DNA of 64,000 bases, from NCBI GenBank assembly GCA_964434775.1, contig CAYSWH010000005.1, positions 2,706 through 66,705 on the forward strand, in the 5' to 3' direction. This document shows, piece by piece, positions 22,825-32,335 of this stretch. A program made the translations under genes and the position numbers. Under the pieces are notes generated by a model. The model worked only from the letters and a program-made list of their open reading frames with translations. It did no database searches and was not told the origin of the DNA. The number at the start of each line of letters is the position of its first letter. Positions within the stretch are counted from its first letter, which is position 1. Origin of the DNA: an uncultured Candidatus Saccharibacteria bacterium. GTDB taxonomy: Bacteria; Patescibacteriota; JACMRA01.

Positions 22825-23799
22825 ATGTCTTCTGTCAAAATCGTCTACCCAATTCCCAGTGCTTTTAAGCCTGAGCAAATTTCCAAGCTTAAACAATCAT
22901 ATCCTAAAATCAAATTCTATGACACCTTTCCTGAAAAAAAAGATGAATTAATTGAAAGAATTAACGAAGCGGAGATTGTTATTGCTTCTTCGCTAAACTT
23001 CTACTACGAAGATAGCATATTTCAAAGTTGTCCCAGATTAAAATATATAATTTGTTTGGCAGTCGGTTATCAAAATATGATCGACGTTGAACAAGCCTCA
23101 AAAAGAAACATTCGTGTTAGTAATATCCCCGGTTTTAACATCCAAGCAGTTGCCGAAATGGCTTTTGGGCTTTTGTTAAACCTAATTAAGAAAATATCCA
23201 AAGTAAATGCTGAATTTAAAAAAGGTTGGTGGCCGGAAAATGAGTTTGATGATTGGCACCTGGGACAAAACTTACAAGGAAAAGAATTCCTGCAAATCGG
23301 TTACGGCTCAATCGGACAAAAAATAGCCAAATTTGCAGAAGCCTTCGGTTGCCGAGTAAATTATATTAATTCCCGTACTGGTTCTGACGAGATTCAAAAA
23401 CTTCTCTCCGAAGCGGACGTAATATCCATGACCCTTCCTTCCAACCCTTCTACCCTTAATTTTATGAACAAAGAAAGGCTTAATAACCTCAAAGAAACAG
23501 CTTTTCTGATTAATGTGGGCCGGAGAAGTACTCTCGATCAAAAATATTTACTAAAGTTACTCACAGAGGAAAAAATTGCCGGAGCCGGACTCGATGTCTA
23601 CACCAATGAGCCGCAACTAGGAGAAAATCCGATTTTTGAACCTGAACTGGAAGAACTCATCAACCTACCCAACGTCACAGCCACTCCACATATCGCTGCC
23701 GATACTTATCAAACCCTGGAAAATCTACAAGAGGAGCTAATTAAAATCTTGGATGCGTATTTTCAGAATAAACCTATCTACCTGGTGAATGAAAAATAA
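22825..23799 (+). CDS. D-isomer-specific 2-hydroxyacid dehydrogenase family protein
   Basis: NAD-binding motif IGYGSIGQKIAKFAEAFG, INVGRRS and the catalytic His context TPHIAA. Confidence 0.75.
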   Translation: MSSVKIVYPIPSAFKPEQISKLKQSYPKIKFYDTFPEKKDELIERINEAEIVIASSLNFYYEDSIFQSCPRLKYIICLAVGYQNMIDVEQASKRNIRVSNIPGFNIQAVAEMAFGLLLNLIKKISKVNAEFKKGWWPENEFDDWHLGQNLQGKEFLQIGYGSIGQKIAKFAEAFGCRVNYINSRTGSDEIQKLLSEADVISMTLPSNPSTLNFMNKERLNNLKETAFLINVGRRSTLDQKYLLKLLTEEKIAGAGLDVYTNEPQLGENPIFEPELEELINLPNVTATPHIAADTYQTLENLQEELIKILDAYFQNKPIYLVNEK

Positions 23800-23800
23800 A

Positions 23801-25489
23801 TTATTGCGGAGGTGGACACCCTTCCAATTGCTGGCCCGGAACTTCTTGCTGTCTGGCCTCACAACCTAAAAGACCCAACAGAACATTGTAAGGAGGTTGA
23901 TTTTCCGGATGTAATTCCATCCTGGCCCTCTCAAACCACTGTACTTGATACTCATTACCTTCAATTTCCATAGGAATTACCGGAGTAAGAGGTAGACCAA
24001 AAAGAGCTAAACTATCATTGTGTTCAATTACTCCATTACCATTCAAATCTATTCCGTCGCTTTGCCATCTTTGCAAAATTTCGCCGCAAACATTTTTCTT
24101 GGTTTCAGCAAAATATAGACAGCCGTCGATAGGTGCTTCTTGCCATTCGCCCTTTTGCCAGTCAATCCCTCTGTATTCTAAAAGCTCAGCACCTAGTCTC
24201 CCCAACAATACATCATATGGAGGTTGATTTTCCGGATGTAATTCCATTCTATTTCTTTGAAACCATTGAATGTTGTATTCACCGCCTTCAATAAGATCTA
24301 CTCTCTCATTCTCCATAGGCAAACCAAAAACAGAAAGACCTCCCCAATTATTCCACCGCTGTTTTATAAGACCTTGGGTTACACTAGAAACACCTACAAA
24401 ACTTTGAGGATATTCATCATAGATACCAACCTCCCCTTCAATAGGGCCGGAAGAGTTATTCCTTATTTGTAAGAAAGCTTGATTCTGTAATTTCATGATT
24501 TCCTTTTGAAGAGGTGTCATATATTTAACCCCGGGAGTATCCATGAGATTCTCTACTCCCGGATAGAATTCGTAAACAGGTGCACCAAAACAGGTGTTTC
24601 CGTTTTCTTCATATGGCACTTCCTGATTGAGATTGTTGTAAGCCTCCCTAGTAAAATCATTTAGATCATTAATATCCAAAAACAACTCCGTCCCTTTTAA
24701 CCAGATTTCCAAGAAAAAAGTCTCGTAACCTTCATTTAATCCAAAATTATGGCTTAATTCATGTAGCACACTATAGTCAATATATCCTTGATCAGCGTTA
24801 GAGACAAAGGCTGTATCTACTTGTTCACGCTCAGTAAAAGTAAATGATTTGGCCCTGTACTTAACATTTGTATTTAAAATAAAGACTATGGAATCAGGTT
24901 CTTGACTGCCAAGGTTTTTTGCTATCTCGTCAGCCTCACGATTGTCTCTAATAATTAATACATCGGAACCCTCTTCATAGTCAATATTCATAGATGTGGG
25001 AACGTTCAAATAAGCAAAAGACAGGTTATCCAAAAAATTGAGATCGTTTTTGGCTTGTCTGGCAACAGATTCAAGCTGAGAAGTCATTTGTCCGTTATCC
25101 GAAAAACCGATGCCGGCAAACAGTATATTTCTGGTACTTTGAGAAAAACTGCCACCATCTAAACCAATTACATTCTCTTCATTTGGTAAAGCCAAGTTCT
25201 CATCAAGTGTAAAAAGATTATTTACATTGGTATACCCGCTATGAACATTTTCTGGACTGAAAGTCTTACTTTCAGGAAACGACTGTGCTGAAAAACCTTC
25301 TTGGACAGTGGAATTTGTGTTAGGGTCAGTGTTAGGGTCAGTGTCAAGCTCACAGTAATCATAACCGCTAGCCTCTACAACAATATTTTGAGCGGGAATC
25401 AAGAGAAAACTTGAAGCTATAATTATATTTACCGCTATAAATTGAAATATTTTATTAAGTATATTTTTATTGGCCATATGGATTAGCAT
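23801..25489 (-). CDS. Secreted/anchored putative zinc metallopeptidase with two C-terminal repeat modules
   Basis: N-terminal hydrophobic segment and HExxH in LHELSHNFG. Duplicated modules are Y.(I/V)QWF(Q/E)R.RMELHPENQPPY(D/N)VLLG.LG. The DTDPNTDPNT stretch comes from a 12-bp tandem repeat at ~25315-25345. Confidence 0.55.
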   Translation of the reverse strand: MLIHMANKNILNKIFQFIAVNIIIASSFLLIPAQNIVVEASGYDYCELDTDPNTDPNTNSTVQEGFSAQSFPESKTFSPENVHSGYTNVNNLFTLDENLALPNEENVIGLDGGSFSQSTRNILFAGIGFSDNGQMTSQLESVARQAKNDLNFLDNLSFAYLNVPTSMNIDYEEGSDVLIIRDNREADEIAKNLGSQEPDSIVFILNTNVKYRAKSFTFTEREQVDTAFVSNADQGYIDYSVLHELSHNFGLNEGYETFFLEIWLKGTELFLDINDLNDFTREAYNNLNQEVPYEENGNTCFGAPVYEFYPGVENLMDTPGVKYMTPLQKEIMKLQNQAFLQIRNNSSGPIEGEVGIYDEYPQSFVGVSSVTQGLIKQRWNNWGGLSVFGLPMENERVDLIEGGEYNIQWFQRNRMELHPENQPPYDVLLGRLGAELLEYRGIDWQKGEWQEAPIDGCLYFAETKKNVCGEILQRWQSDGIDLNGNGVIEHNDSLALFGLPLTPVIPMEIEGNEYQVQWFERARMELHPENQPPYNVLLGLLGCEARQQEVPGQQLEGCPPPQ

Positions 25490-25494
25490 TCTTT

Positions 25495-26574
25495 TTACTT
25501 ACAATTATCAAAATTAAAGGTGGCGACTCTCTCAATTTTCGATAGATCCAATTTTCGATATTGGTCCTCGACCTTGATATGCAAAACTTGATCCGGCACC
25601 TCATTGATATTAATTAACTCAGGAGTTTCTCCTTTTTTTGCGAAATCTGATTCTAAGCCATAAACTAAGTAATTCTTTTGCAGGTCAGCCCGATTTTCCT
25701 CACAGATTGCCTGGATTTTTATTTGGTTAGGGGTTGGATTAGGTAAAGAAAACCTATTCTTGGAGCTGTCAGCTAAAGCGCAATCGGAAAATTCTACCAA
25801 GACTTCCTCGGACTTTGTATATGAGCTAACTGTTCGAAAAATATCTTTTCCATCTTCTCCGGTAATAGCAATAACCAGACTCCCTTTTTCTGTCCCTCCG
25901 GGAATTTCTATTGTTTCCGGAGTTTTTCCTTCCTGCTTTATATCACCCTCTCTGACTGCCAGAAAGTCTCTGGAAAGTTCCCTGCCGTCGTCCAGACAAA
26001 CTGCCTTTAAATTAATCGAAGTAAAATTACTCGATCCACTCGAACCATCAACGTTACATTTATCCAAGTGAAAGACTACATTGTTTTCAGGTTGAACTTT
26101 TTCTACCGGCTTAGTGGCGATTTGATTTCCTTGATTATCAACTAATACTACGTTAATCCAACCGCCTAAAGAAACTCTTCGAGTGTGAGGGGTAACAAAC
26201 TTATTTCCTTGCTCGTCTTGATAAGAATTATGTTTAAATTCTTGCCCGTCCGGAGACATTCTATGCAACTCATGAACAACATTTAATTCTCTATTGTCGG
26301 TTTTGCAATAAGCTCTTACAGTCAAATTTGCTCCGGTAGAAGCACCGGCTAGATTAAATTGATTGTAGAGAAAACTAATCGAGGCAACAGAAACAATTAT
26401 TATTAAAGAAATAGCTCCCGCCAAAATTGATCCGTATCTTACCGGGTTATCATCAAATTTCTTTCGGTAATTGTGAATATACTTGCTCACTTTTTTGGAT
26501 AAACCTTTGAATTCAGGCGAATCTTTCTTCTTTTTTTCTTTGTGTTCGGTATTTTTTTTAGATTTAAGACTCAT
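25495..26574 (-). CDS. Membrane-anchored protein with three Cys-bracketed ~85-95-aa repeat domains
   Basis: Lys-rich N-terminus and one TM segment, followed by modules VRAYCKTDNREL...HLDKCN, LKAVCLDDGREL...EFSDC and IQAICEENRADL...NFDNC. Confidence 0.5.
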   Translation of the reverse strand: MSLKSKKNTEHKEKKKKDSPEFKGLSKKVSKYIHNYRKKFDDNPVRYGSILAGAISLIIIVSVASISFLYNQFNLAGASTGANLTVRAYCKTDNRELNVVHELHRMSPDGQEFKHNSYQDEQGNKFVTPHTRRVSLGGWINVVLVDNQGNQIATKPVEKVQPENNVVFHLDKCNVDGSSGSSNFTSINLKAVCLDDGRELSRDFLAVREGDIKQEGKTPETIEIPGGTEKGSLVIAITGEDGKDIFRTVSSYTKSEEVLVEFSDCALADSSKNRFSLPNPTPNQIKIQAICEENRADLQKNYLVYGLESDFAKKGETPELININEVPDQVLHIKVEDQYRKLDLSKIERVATFNFDNCK

Positions 26575-26728
26575 AAATAAGGAAGTTTAGTAATAATTAT
26601 TTAGAAAGAGACTAAATTATATGAAAAAAGGAAATTTCTCCACCTTCAATTTAATTATCACGTAAGAAAATAATATAGTCAAAAAACAATAAACTTGCGC
26701 CCAAAAATGTCCGTCTCAACAAAATTAT

Positions 26729-28825
26729 TTATTCAACCAATTTATAATTTTCGGTTAAGCTCTCTACCTCCTTTTTCTTTCCGTAAATCAAAACTCCCAG
26801 TAGGCCTACTTCATCACTTTGTTTAGATTCATGGGCCTGTTTTACTTTTTCGTCATCACTGCTGTCCTGCATTTCTTGGGTAAAGACAGTCACTTGCAAA
26901 CCTTGCTTTTCTGCCTCTCTTTTCAGCTCCCATAATTTCTGCCTGTTATCTGTCTGTTTATTCATTATAGAATGTTGAATATTCATCGGTAGATATTCAC
27001 CTTCCTTAGTTTTGGAGCCGTCCAGGTGAATCAACTGCTTTCCCTCTCTTGCTCCCAAAGAAGCTGTCAGATGAGCAACAGTATTTAATTTGGACCAAAA
27101 TGGTCTCTCGGGGGTATTCAAAATAACTGCATGAGCAGTCATAGTAACCCCGGATTTACCTATCGAGTTATCCTCGGAACGAACATGAGGGAATGTGACA
27201 CACTCTTTAATGTGCTTTCCAAGTAAAAACGACAATATTCTTTCACTGGCACCAAAACCGGCCATCGGCGGCGTGCCTAACTCCAAAGCCTTGACGTAAT
27301 CGTTATCCATAAACTGAGCCTCTTCGTCTCCGGCATCACGGGCAGCCTGTTGATCTTCAAAACGACCAAATTGATCCACAGGATCATTTAGTTCACTAAA
27401 ACACTTACCAAGTTCGGCTGTGCCTGCCACAATTTGCCATCTCTCGGTCAAATGAGGTTGATCGGGATTTCGCTTGGCTAGTGGCTCTAATTCAACAGGC
27501 ACGAGAGCTAAAAATATTGGATTATGCATATTGATCCTGGCAGTCTTTTTGTAAATTTTGTCCATTACCCTAGGAACATCGGCGTTAACTTCCAACTCAA
27601 CATTATTCTTTTCAGCTATTTCCTTGAGTTCCTGCAAATCCTTGTTTTCCAAGTCAACTTTCCCGGAAGAATAATGTCTAATAGCATCAAAGTAAGAAAT
27701 TACCGGCCACCCTTTTAAGTCTTGATCTAAGTCTACTTGCTTCTTGACCTCTTCGGCCGAAATAACTGTATCATGCCCAATCACCAAACCCCAACCGTTT
27801 TCTTTAGCCTCTCTTAAGGTACACCATTCTCCCCAATCTACTTCATGTCCGTAATAATCTATCTGAGTTAATTGGCCCAATATTTCCTCAACAATCCTTT
27901 GGTATACTCTTTTCATTAATTTCATTCCGTCTGTATAATCGGCATATGCCCAATACCATTCAATCTGAGTGTATTCCTGCAAATGCTGCGGACTGGAGCC
28001 TTCATTCCGAAAGATTCTCCCGATCTCAAAGACCTTTTCAAAACCCCCGGCAATTAATTTTTTTAAAGGCAACTCCAAAGAAATTCGTAAATAAACATCT
28101 TGATCTAATTCATTGTAAAAAGTAGTAAAAGGCTTCGCCTCGGCCCCTCCCGGGATGTGTTCAAAGATAGGACACTCTACTTCCAAAAAACCTTCCTTAA
28201 TAAGCTCTTCTCTCCAAATACTCCAATATTTGTGCTTTAATCTGACTAAATCACGAACCGAAAGATCATTTTGATCTTTAGTATTCATTTTAAAATCAAC
28301 TACCCTGTTGGTGTATCGCTCTTCAAAGTTCTCATAATCCATTTTTTCCGGCAATATTCGTAAAGATTTAGTCAAAATTGAAAGTTTACGCACAAAAAGA
28401 CTTGGCTCGCCCCTTTGAGAGTAGTCCAGATAACCTTCAGCCTGAATATAATCACCCTCGTCAACCAGAGACTTTAGAGAAGAAAAACTCAAACCTTGTT
28501 CTACGGAATCTTCTGCCGGTAGAAAATCCCTTCGAAATATTAACTGGAAACCTTCTGGAAGACTCTCATCCTCGATTGTTGTAAAAGCGATTTTCCCACT
28601 TACTCTCTTGGATTTAATGCGACCAACTAAAGTCCCTTCTTTGTCTTGATTGCCTACAAGATAACTTTTTTCTTGAAAGAGTTTTTTTGCTTCAGATAAA
28701 TTATAATCTCGCCTACTCTTTACAGAATAAGGATCGTGCCCGAGTTCTCGAATTCTTTTTACCTTTTCAAGCCTTATATCTCTCTGAGTCTCTGCAGAAG
28801 AGTAAGAAATGTTTTTATCTTGCAT
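26729..28825 (-). CDS. lysS: Lysine--tRNA ligase (class II) with internal insertion and ~150-aa C-terminal DUF2000-like extension
   Basis: OB-fold segment LVGRIKSKRVSGKIAFTTIED, GAEAKPF, motif 2 FRNEGSSPQHLQEYTQIEWY and motif 3 GFGASERILSFLLG. The usual end ..TFPHVRSED is followed by MTAHAVILNTPERPFWSKLNTVAHLTASLGAR... Confidence 0.85.
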   Translation of the reverse strand: MQDKNISYSSAETQRDIRLEKVKRIRELGHDPYSVKSRRDYNLSEAKKLFQEKSYLVGNQDKEGTLVGRIKSKRVSGKIAFTTIEDESLPEGFQLIFRRDFLPAEDSVEQGLSFSSLKSLVDEGDYIQAEGYLDYSQRGEPSLFVRKLSILTKSLRILPEKMDYENFEERYTNRVVDFKMNTKDQNDLSVRDLVRLKHKYWSIWREELIKEGFLEVECPIFEHIPGGAEAKPFTTFYNELDQDVYLRISLELPLKKLIAGGFEKVFEIGRIFRNEGSSPQHLQEYTQIEWYWAYADYTDGMKLMKRVYQRIVEEILGQLTQIDYYGHEVDWGEWCTLREAKENGWGLVIGHDTVISAEEVKKQVDLDQDLKGWPVISYFDAIRHYSSGKVDLENKDLQELKEIAEKNNVELEVNADVPRVMDKIYKKTARINMHNPIFLALVPVELEPLAKRNPDQPHLTERWQIVAGTAELGKCFSELNDPVDQFGRFEDQQAARDAGDEEAQFMDNDYVKALELGTPPMAGFGASERILSFLLGKHIKECVTFPHVRSEDNSIGKSGVTMTAHAVILNTPERPFWSKLNTVAHLTASLGAREGKQLIHLDGSKTKEGEYLPMNIQHSIMNKQTDNRQKLWELKREAEKQGLQVTVFTQEMQDSSDDEKVKQAHESKQSDEVGLLGVLIYGKKKEVESLTENYKLVE

Positions 28826-28988
28826 AATTTAAATCGATTTACCCAATAATTGTTTATGAAATTGAGTAAATTAGCCCTTTTCGTCAAATGATGTGCTTTG
28901 ATCGATTGCCCTATTGTGTCAACCGAAGCTCTCATAATACAGCCATATTTAATCATAACAACTCAAATACTAATTAAATCCAACTTCT

Positions 28989-30551
28989 TTAACTGCTTCG
29001 GCTATAAGAATCTATTTCTCGAAAAGCAGGGTTAATATACTTAATTATATCAGTCGGTAACAGACAATTTTCGTTATATTCATTCACCGCTAAATCGGCA
29101 GCCAACCCATGTAAAAAAACTCCCAAGTGACAAGTATCCAAACCGGAGTATCCTTGGGCCAGCAAACCCGTTAAAATACCTGTCAAGACATCGCCGGTCC
29201 CGGCTTTAGCCATCCCCGGATTACCTGTTGAATTAAAAAAAAGTCTACTATCAGGAGAAGCAATCACCGTGTGAGCACCTTTGAGAACCAGGAATACATT
29301 AAACTCAGCAGAAAACTCCCGGGCTAACTCAAGTCTTTTTTTACTATCAACCAAGAAATGCTTTTTACTGTCCTTGCTGTGACGGGCATAACCTTTCCAT
29401 GAATTGACTATCCTCTGAAACTCTTTGAGGTGAGGTGTGAGTATACTGCCGGATGGAATTAAATTAAACAATTTATGTTCGGCAATTAAATTTAAGGCAT
29501 CAGCATCCGCTACTACAGGTTTTTGAGTTTTATCAAAAAGATTTTTTAGTGCTTTTACCGTCAAATATTTTTTACCAAGACCCGGTCCCAGTCCTATAGC
29601 CGAGAAAGTATCAACTTCCAAAGTTTCAAAGCCGGTAAGCTCATACTCATCAATATCGGTTTTCACAATTACCTCCGGAAGTCTGGATTGAAAAGGTATC
29701 GAACCGCTTCTCGGGATATAGGCAAATGTGTAGCCAACTCCGCTTCTAATACAGGCCTGTGCAGCCATCAAAATCGACCCAAAAAGACCGTAACTGCCAC
29801 CGACTAAAAGGGCCTTACCGTAAGTACCCTTGTGAGTAAATTTTTTTCTTCCGGAAATTAGTTTACCAACAGTTTCACGGTCGATCATTTCACCATATGG
29901 TTCTAACTTTTCCAGTTTTTCTCTACTGAGAGATAGAGGGATTAACCCCCACTCTCCGACATACTCATAATTTTCGGCAAAGAATAGACCTAGTTTGGGC
30001 AAGCCTAGTGTTAAAGTATGATCGGCTCTTACAATCACTCCTGAATTAATCTCGTCGCTAAAGAAACCTGAGGGTAAGTCAAGAGAAATCACTTTTGAGG
30101 AACTATTGCTTATGAATTTTACAGCTTCTTTCGGCAACCCTTCCAAAGGTCTGTTAAGCCCCGTGCCAAAAATACAATCAACCAGGATGTCACTAAAATT
30201 AGTCTTCGAAAGATCTTCTGAATTTTTAACTTCAATAATCTCTATCTCTTTTTGAATTTCTGAGAGATATTTAAGAAAGAGATGCGAATAGTCGTTTTTG
30301 TATTTAAGTATAATTACTTGCGTTTTAAAACCGATTTTGTGAAGTCGACCTGCAATCGCCAGGCCATCTACTCCATTCGTTCCAAGACCGCAAATCACTT
30401 GAACATGTTTATCCTTTCTCCCTTCTTCCAACTTAAGCACCGCCTTTTCAAAACCGTCAACCACCTCGGAAATAAGCTCATCTACTAAAAGACAGTTAGT
30501 GGTGGTATGCTTGTCCAAGAGAATGTACTTATCGATAGGAAGAATTTTCAT
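28989..30551 (-). CDS. nnr: Bifunctional NAD(P)H-hydrate repair enzyme (epimerase + ADP-dependent dehydratase)
   Basis: The N-terminal YjeF_N-type domain has CGLGTNGVDGLAIA. The C-terminal carbohydrate-kinase-type domain has GTYGKALLVGGS, VADADALN and GNPGMAKAGTGDVLTG. Confidence 0.85.
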   Translation of the reverse strand: MKILPIDKYILLDKHTTTNCLLVDELISEVVDGFEKAVLKLEEGRKDKHVQVICGLGTNGVDGLAIAGRLHKIGFKTQVIILKYKNDYSHLFLKYLSEIQKEIEIIEVKNSEDLSKTNFSDILVDCIFGTGLNRPLEGLPKEAVKFISNSSSKVISLDLPSGFFSDEINSGVIVRADHTLTLGLPKLGLFFAENYEYVGEWGLIPLSLSREKLEKLEPYGEMIDRETVGKLISGRKKFTHKGTYGKALLVGGSYGLFGSILMAAQACIRSGVGYTFAYIPRSGSIPFQSRLPEVIVKTDIDEYELTGFETLEVDTFSAIGLGPGLGKKYLTVKALKNLFDKTQKPVVADADALNLIAEHKLFNLIPSGSILTPHLKEFQRIVNSWKGYARHSKDSKKHFLVDSKKRLELAREFSAEFNVFLVLKGAHTVIASPDSRLFFNSTGNPGMAKAGTGDVLTGILTGLLAQGYSGLDTCHLGVFLHGLAADLAVNEYNENCLLPTDIIKYINPAFREIDSYSRSS

Positions 30552-30610
30552 AACAAAATCAATTCACTAACTAAAAAAATCAGAGAAACATCTAAAATGT
30601 CAATGGTATT

Positions 30611-31039
30611 TTATTTAACGTCTTCACAACTGTCCACGTAAAAGACTACCGGAATACTTTCATGTACTTCCAGAGTTCTACTCTCGATCGGCTCTCTATT
30701 TCCTTCTAAAATAGTAATATTAACGTAACTACCCACATCGACTTTTTCACTACCAGGAGTATACTTTAGACTACTAAAATCATTCTTCAAAATTTTTGAA
30801 TTACTTGAGTTAGGCATATTTAGATGATAGTATTTTACTACCGGTACAGTCCTTGAGGATTCACAGAAGGTTTTAATCACTATTTCCACCTCATTTACTG
30901 AGGCACCTGCCTCTCCTTGCCTCTCAGAAAAATCTGTCATCAAGAAATCGATTAAAACAAAGACAGCAATTATAATCATCAATAAGACCAAGAGATGAAA
31001 TTTGTATATTTTAACACGCTTAAAAAGTTTATTGATCAT
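30611..31039 (-). CDS. Membrane-anchored protein with one Cys-bracketed domain (paralogue of the 25495-26574 modules)
   Basis: One TM segment, then VIKTFCESSRTVP...VVFYVDSC, the same C...C module layout. Confidence 0.45.
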   Translation of the reverse strand: MINKLFKRVKIYKFHLLVLLMIIIAVFVLIDFLMTDFSERQGEAGASVNEVEIVIKTFCESSRTVPVVKYYHLNMPNSSNSKILKNDFSSLKYTPGSEKVDVGSYVNITILEGNREPIESRTLEVHESIPVVFYVDSCEDVK

Positions 31040-31262
31040 ATATTCCGGTCTACATAATGAAAACGAGAACTAACCGGAGATGACTCCTTACTCTCGATTC
31101 AAAAAAATAAAGTACGCTTTTTCACAAGTTTAATCTATTAAATTATACCCCATAATCCAAAACTTGCCAAATTTGAAATAATTGCTTCTTTATGGGAGAA
31201 AGTAAGGGCCTGCTAAATTGACAAAGATAAGCAACTAGATTATCCTCTAAAAAACAAAAAAT

Positions 31263-31733
31263 ATGGTTGAGTTTAAAACTAAAAAAAATAAGAATTTTGT
31301 AACAAACTTTTTTTCTGCTCTAGTTGGTCTCTTAGTAGGGGTTTTTGGCTCTTTGATTTTTCAAGACTACAAAAACAGGAAAGATCTATCTGCAAAAATT
31401 CAAAAACTAAGCACAAAGGATTTAAAAGCCGGCACCGGACGAGAAGTTAAACAGGGTGACTACCTTTTAGCTCATTATGTTGGGTACTTGGCGGATGGAA
31501 TTAAATTTGATGATACCTACGAAAAAGACCAGCCTCTGGTTGCCCAAATCGGAGTTGGCCAGTTGATTTTAGGCTTGGAGAAGGGAATACTTGGCATGAG
31601 AGAAGGAGGTACCAGAAAAATAATTATTCCGGCTGAATTAGCTTACGGAAAACAAACAATGCCGAGCATTCCAATTGATTCAGCTCTAATTTTTGAAGTA
31701 GAAGTTCTTGAAGTCTTAGACCTTTCCGGTTAA
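31263..31733 (+). CDS. FKBP-type peptidyl-prolyl cis-trans isomerase with N-terminal membrane anchor
   Basis: KDLKAGTGREVKQGDYLLAHYVGYLADGIKFDDTY...GVGQLILGLEKGILGMREGGTRKIIIPAELAYG matches the FKBP core. Confidence 0.85.
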   Translation: MVEFKTKKNKNFVTNFFSALVGLLVGVFGSLIFQDYKNRKDLSAKIQKLSTKDLKAGTGREVKQGDYLLAHYVGYLADGIKFDDTYEKDQPLVAQIGVGQLILGLEKGILGMREGGTRKIIIPAELAYGKQTMPSIPIDSALIFEVEVLEVLDLSG

Positions 31734-32335
31734 TGTTTAAATCTCAAAACTTTCCAAATTTAATTAGTCTCAGCAGAGGCCTTGTATTAAGTCCACTGTT
31801 CATACTTGTAGTTTATGTAATCCAAAAAACCGAACAAGAAAATTTACTTTTTTGGCTAATTCCGGCCTGGATTATTCTTTTTGCTTCTCTTTTAAGTGAC
31901 ATATTGGACGGCAGTTTAGCGAGAAAATATCAGACAACTTCGGATCTTGGAGTATATCTGGACCCTCTAATAGATAAAATATTCATTAATTCAGCATATT
32001 TGAGTCTAATTATTTGTAATTTTGTACCTGTCTACCATTTTCTGTTTTTACTTATCTGGGTCATTAGGGATATAACAATCATTTATTTGCGTACAATTAA
32101 AAGGGGTCTTTCTCTAAAAGAGCCTTTTCTCTTGGCAAAGGGAAAAACATTTTTTCAAGGAATTTTATTGTCATTAATCGTCTTTTCATTTACCCTGAAA
32201 GAAATTTATATACCCCTTTATGAAAATATTAAAAGTTTACTTAACTTGAGTATCATTGTTTTGACAATTATTATAACAAGTTTAATTATCTTTACATTTT
32301 TCGGGTATTTATGGAAATTCTCTACCAAACGCTAG
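31733..32335 (+). CDS. CDP-alcohol phosphatidyltransferase family protein
   Basis: DILDGSLARKYQTTSDLGVYLDPLIDK matches D(x)2DG(x)2AR(x)8G(x)3D(x)3D. The protein is multi-TM. Confidence 0.8.
   Translation: MFKSQNFPNLISLSRGLVLSPLFILVVYVIQKTEQENLLFWLIPAWIILFASLLSDILDGSLARKYQTTSDLGVYLDPLIDKIFINSAYLSLIICNFVPVYHFLFLLIWVIRDITIIYLRTIKRGLSLKEPFLLAKGKTFFQGILLSLIVFSFTLKEIYIPLYENIKSLLNLSIIVLTIIITSLIIFTFFGYLWKFSTKR

Noticed and set aside
23870-24260. A 29-nt identical stretch repeated within 23801-25489 could be a diversity-generating-retroelement template/variable repeat pair.
   Set aside because: No reverse transcriptase is present in the window. Both copies are coding parts of two protein-level repeat modules, and the flanking differences are not adenine-specific.
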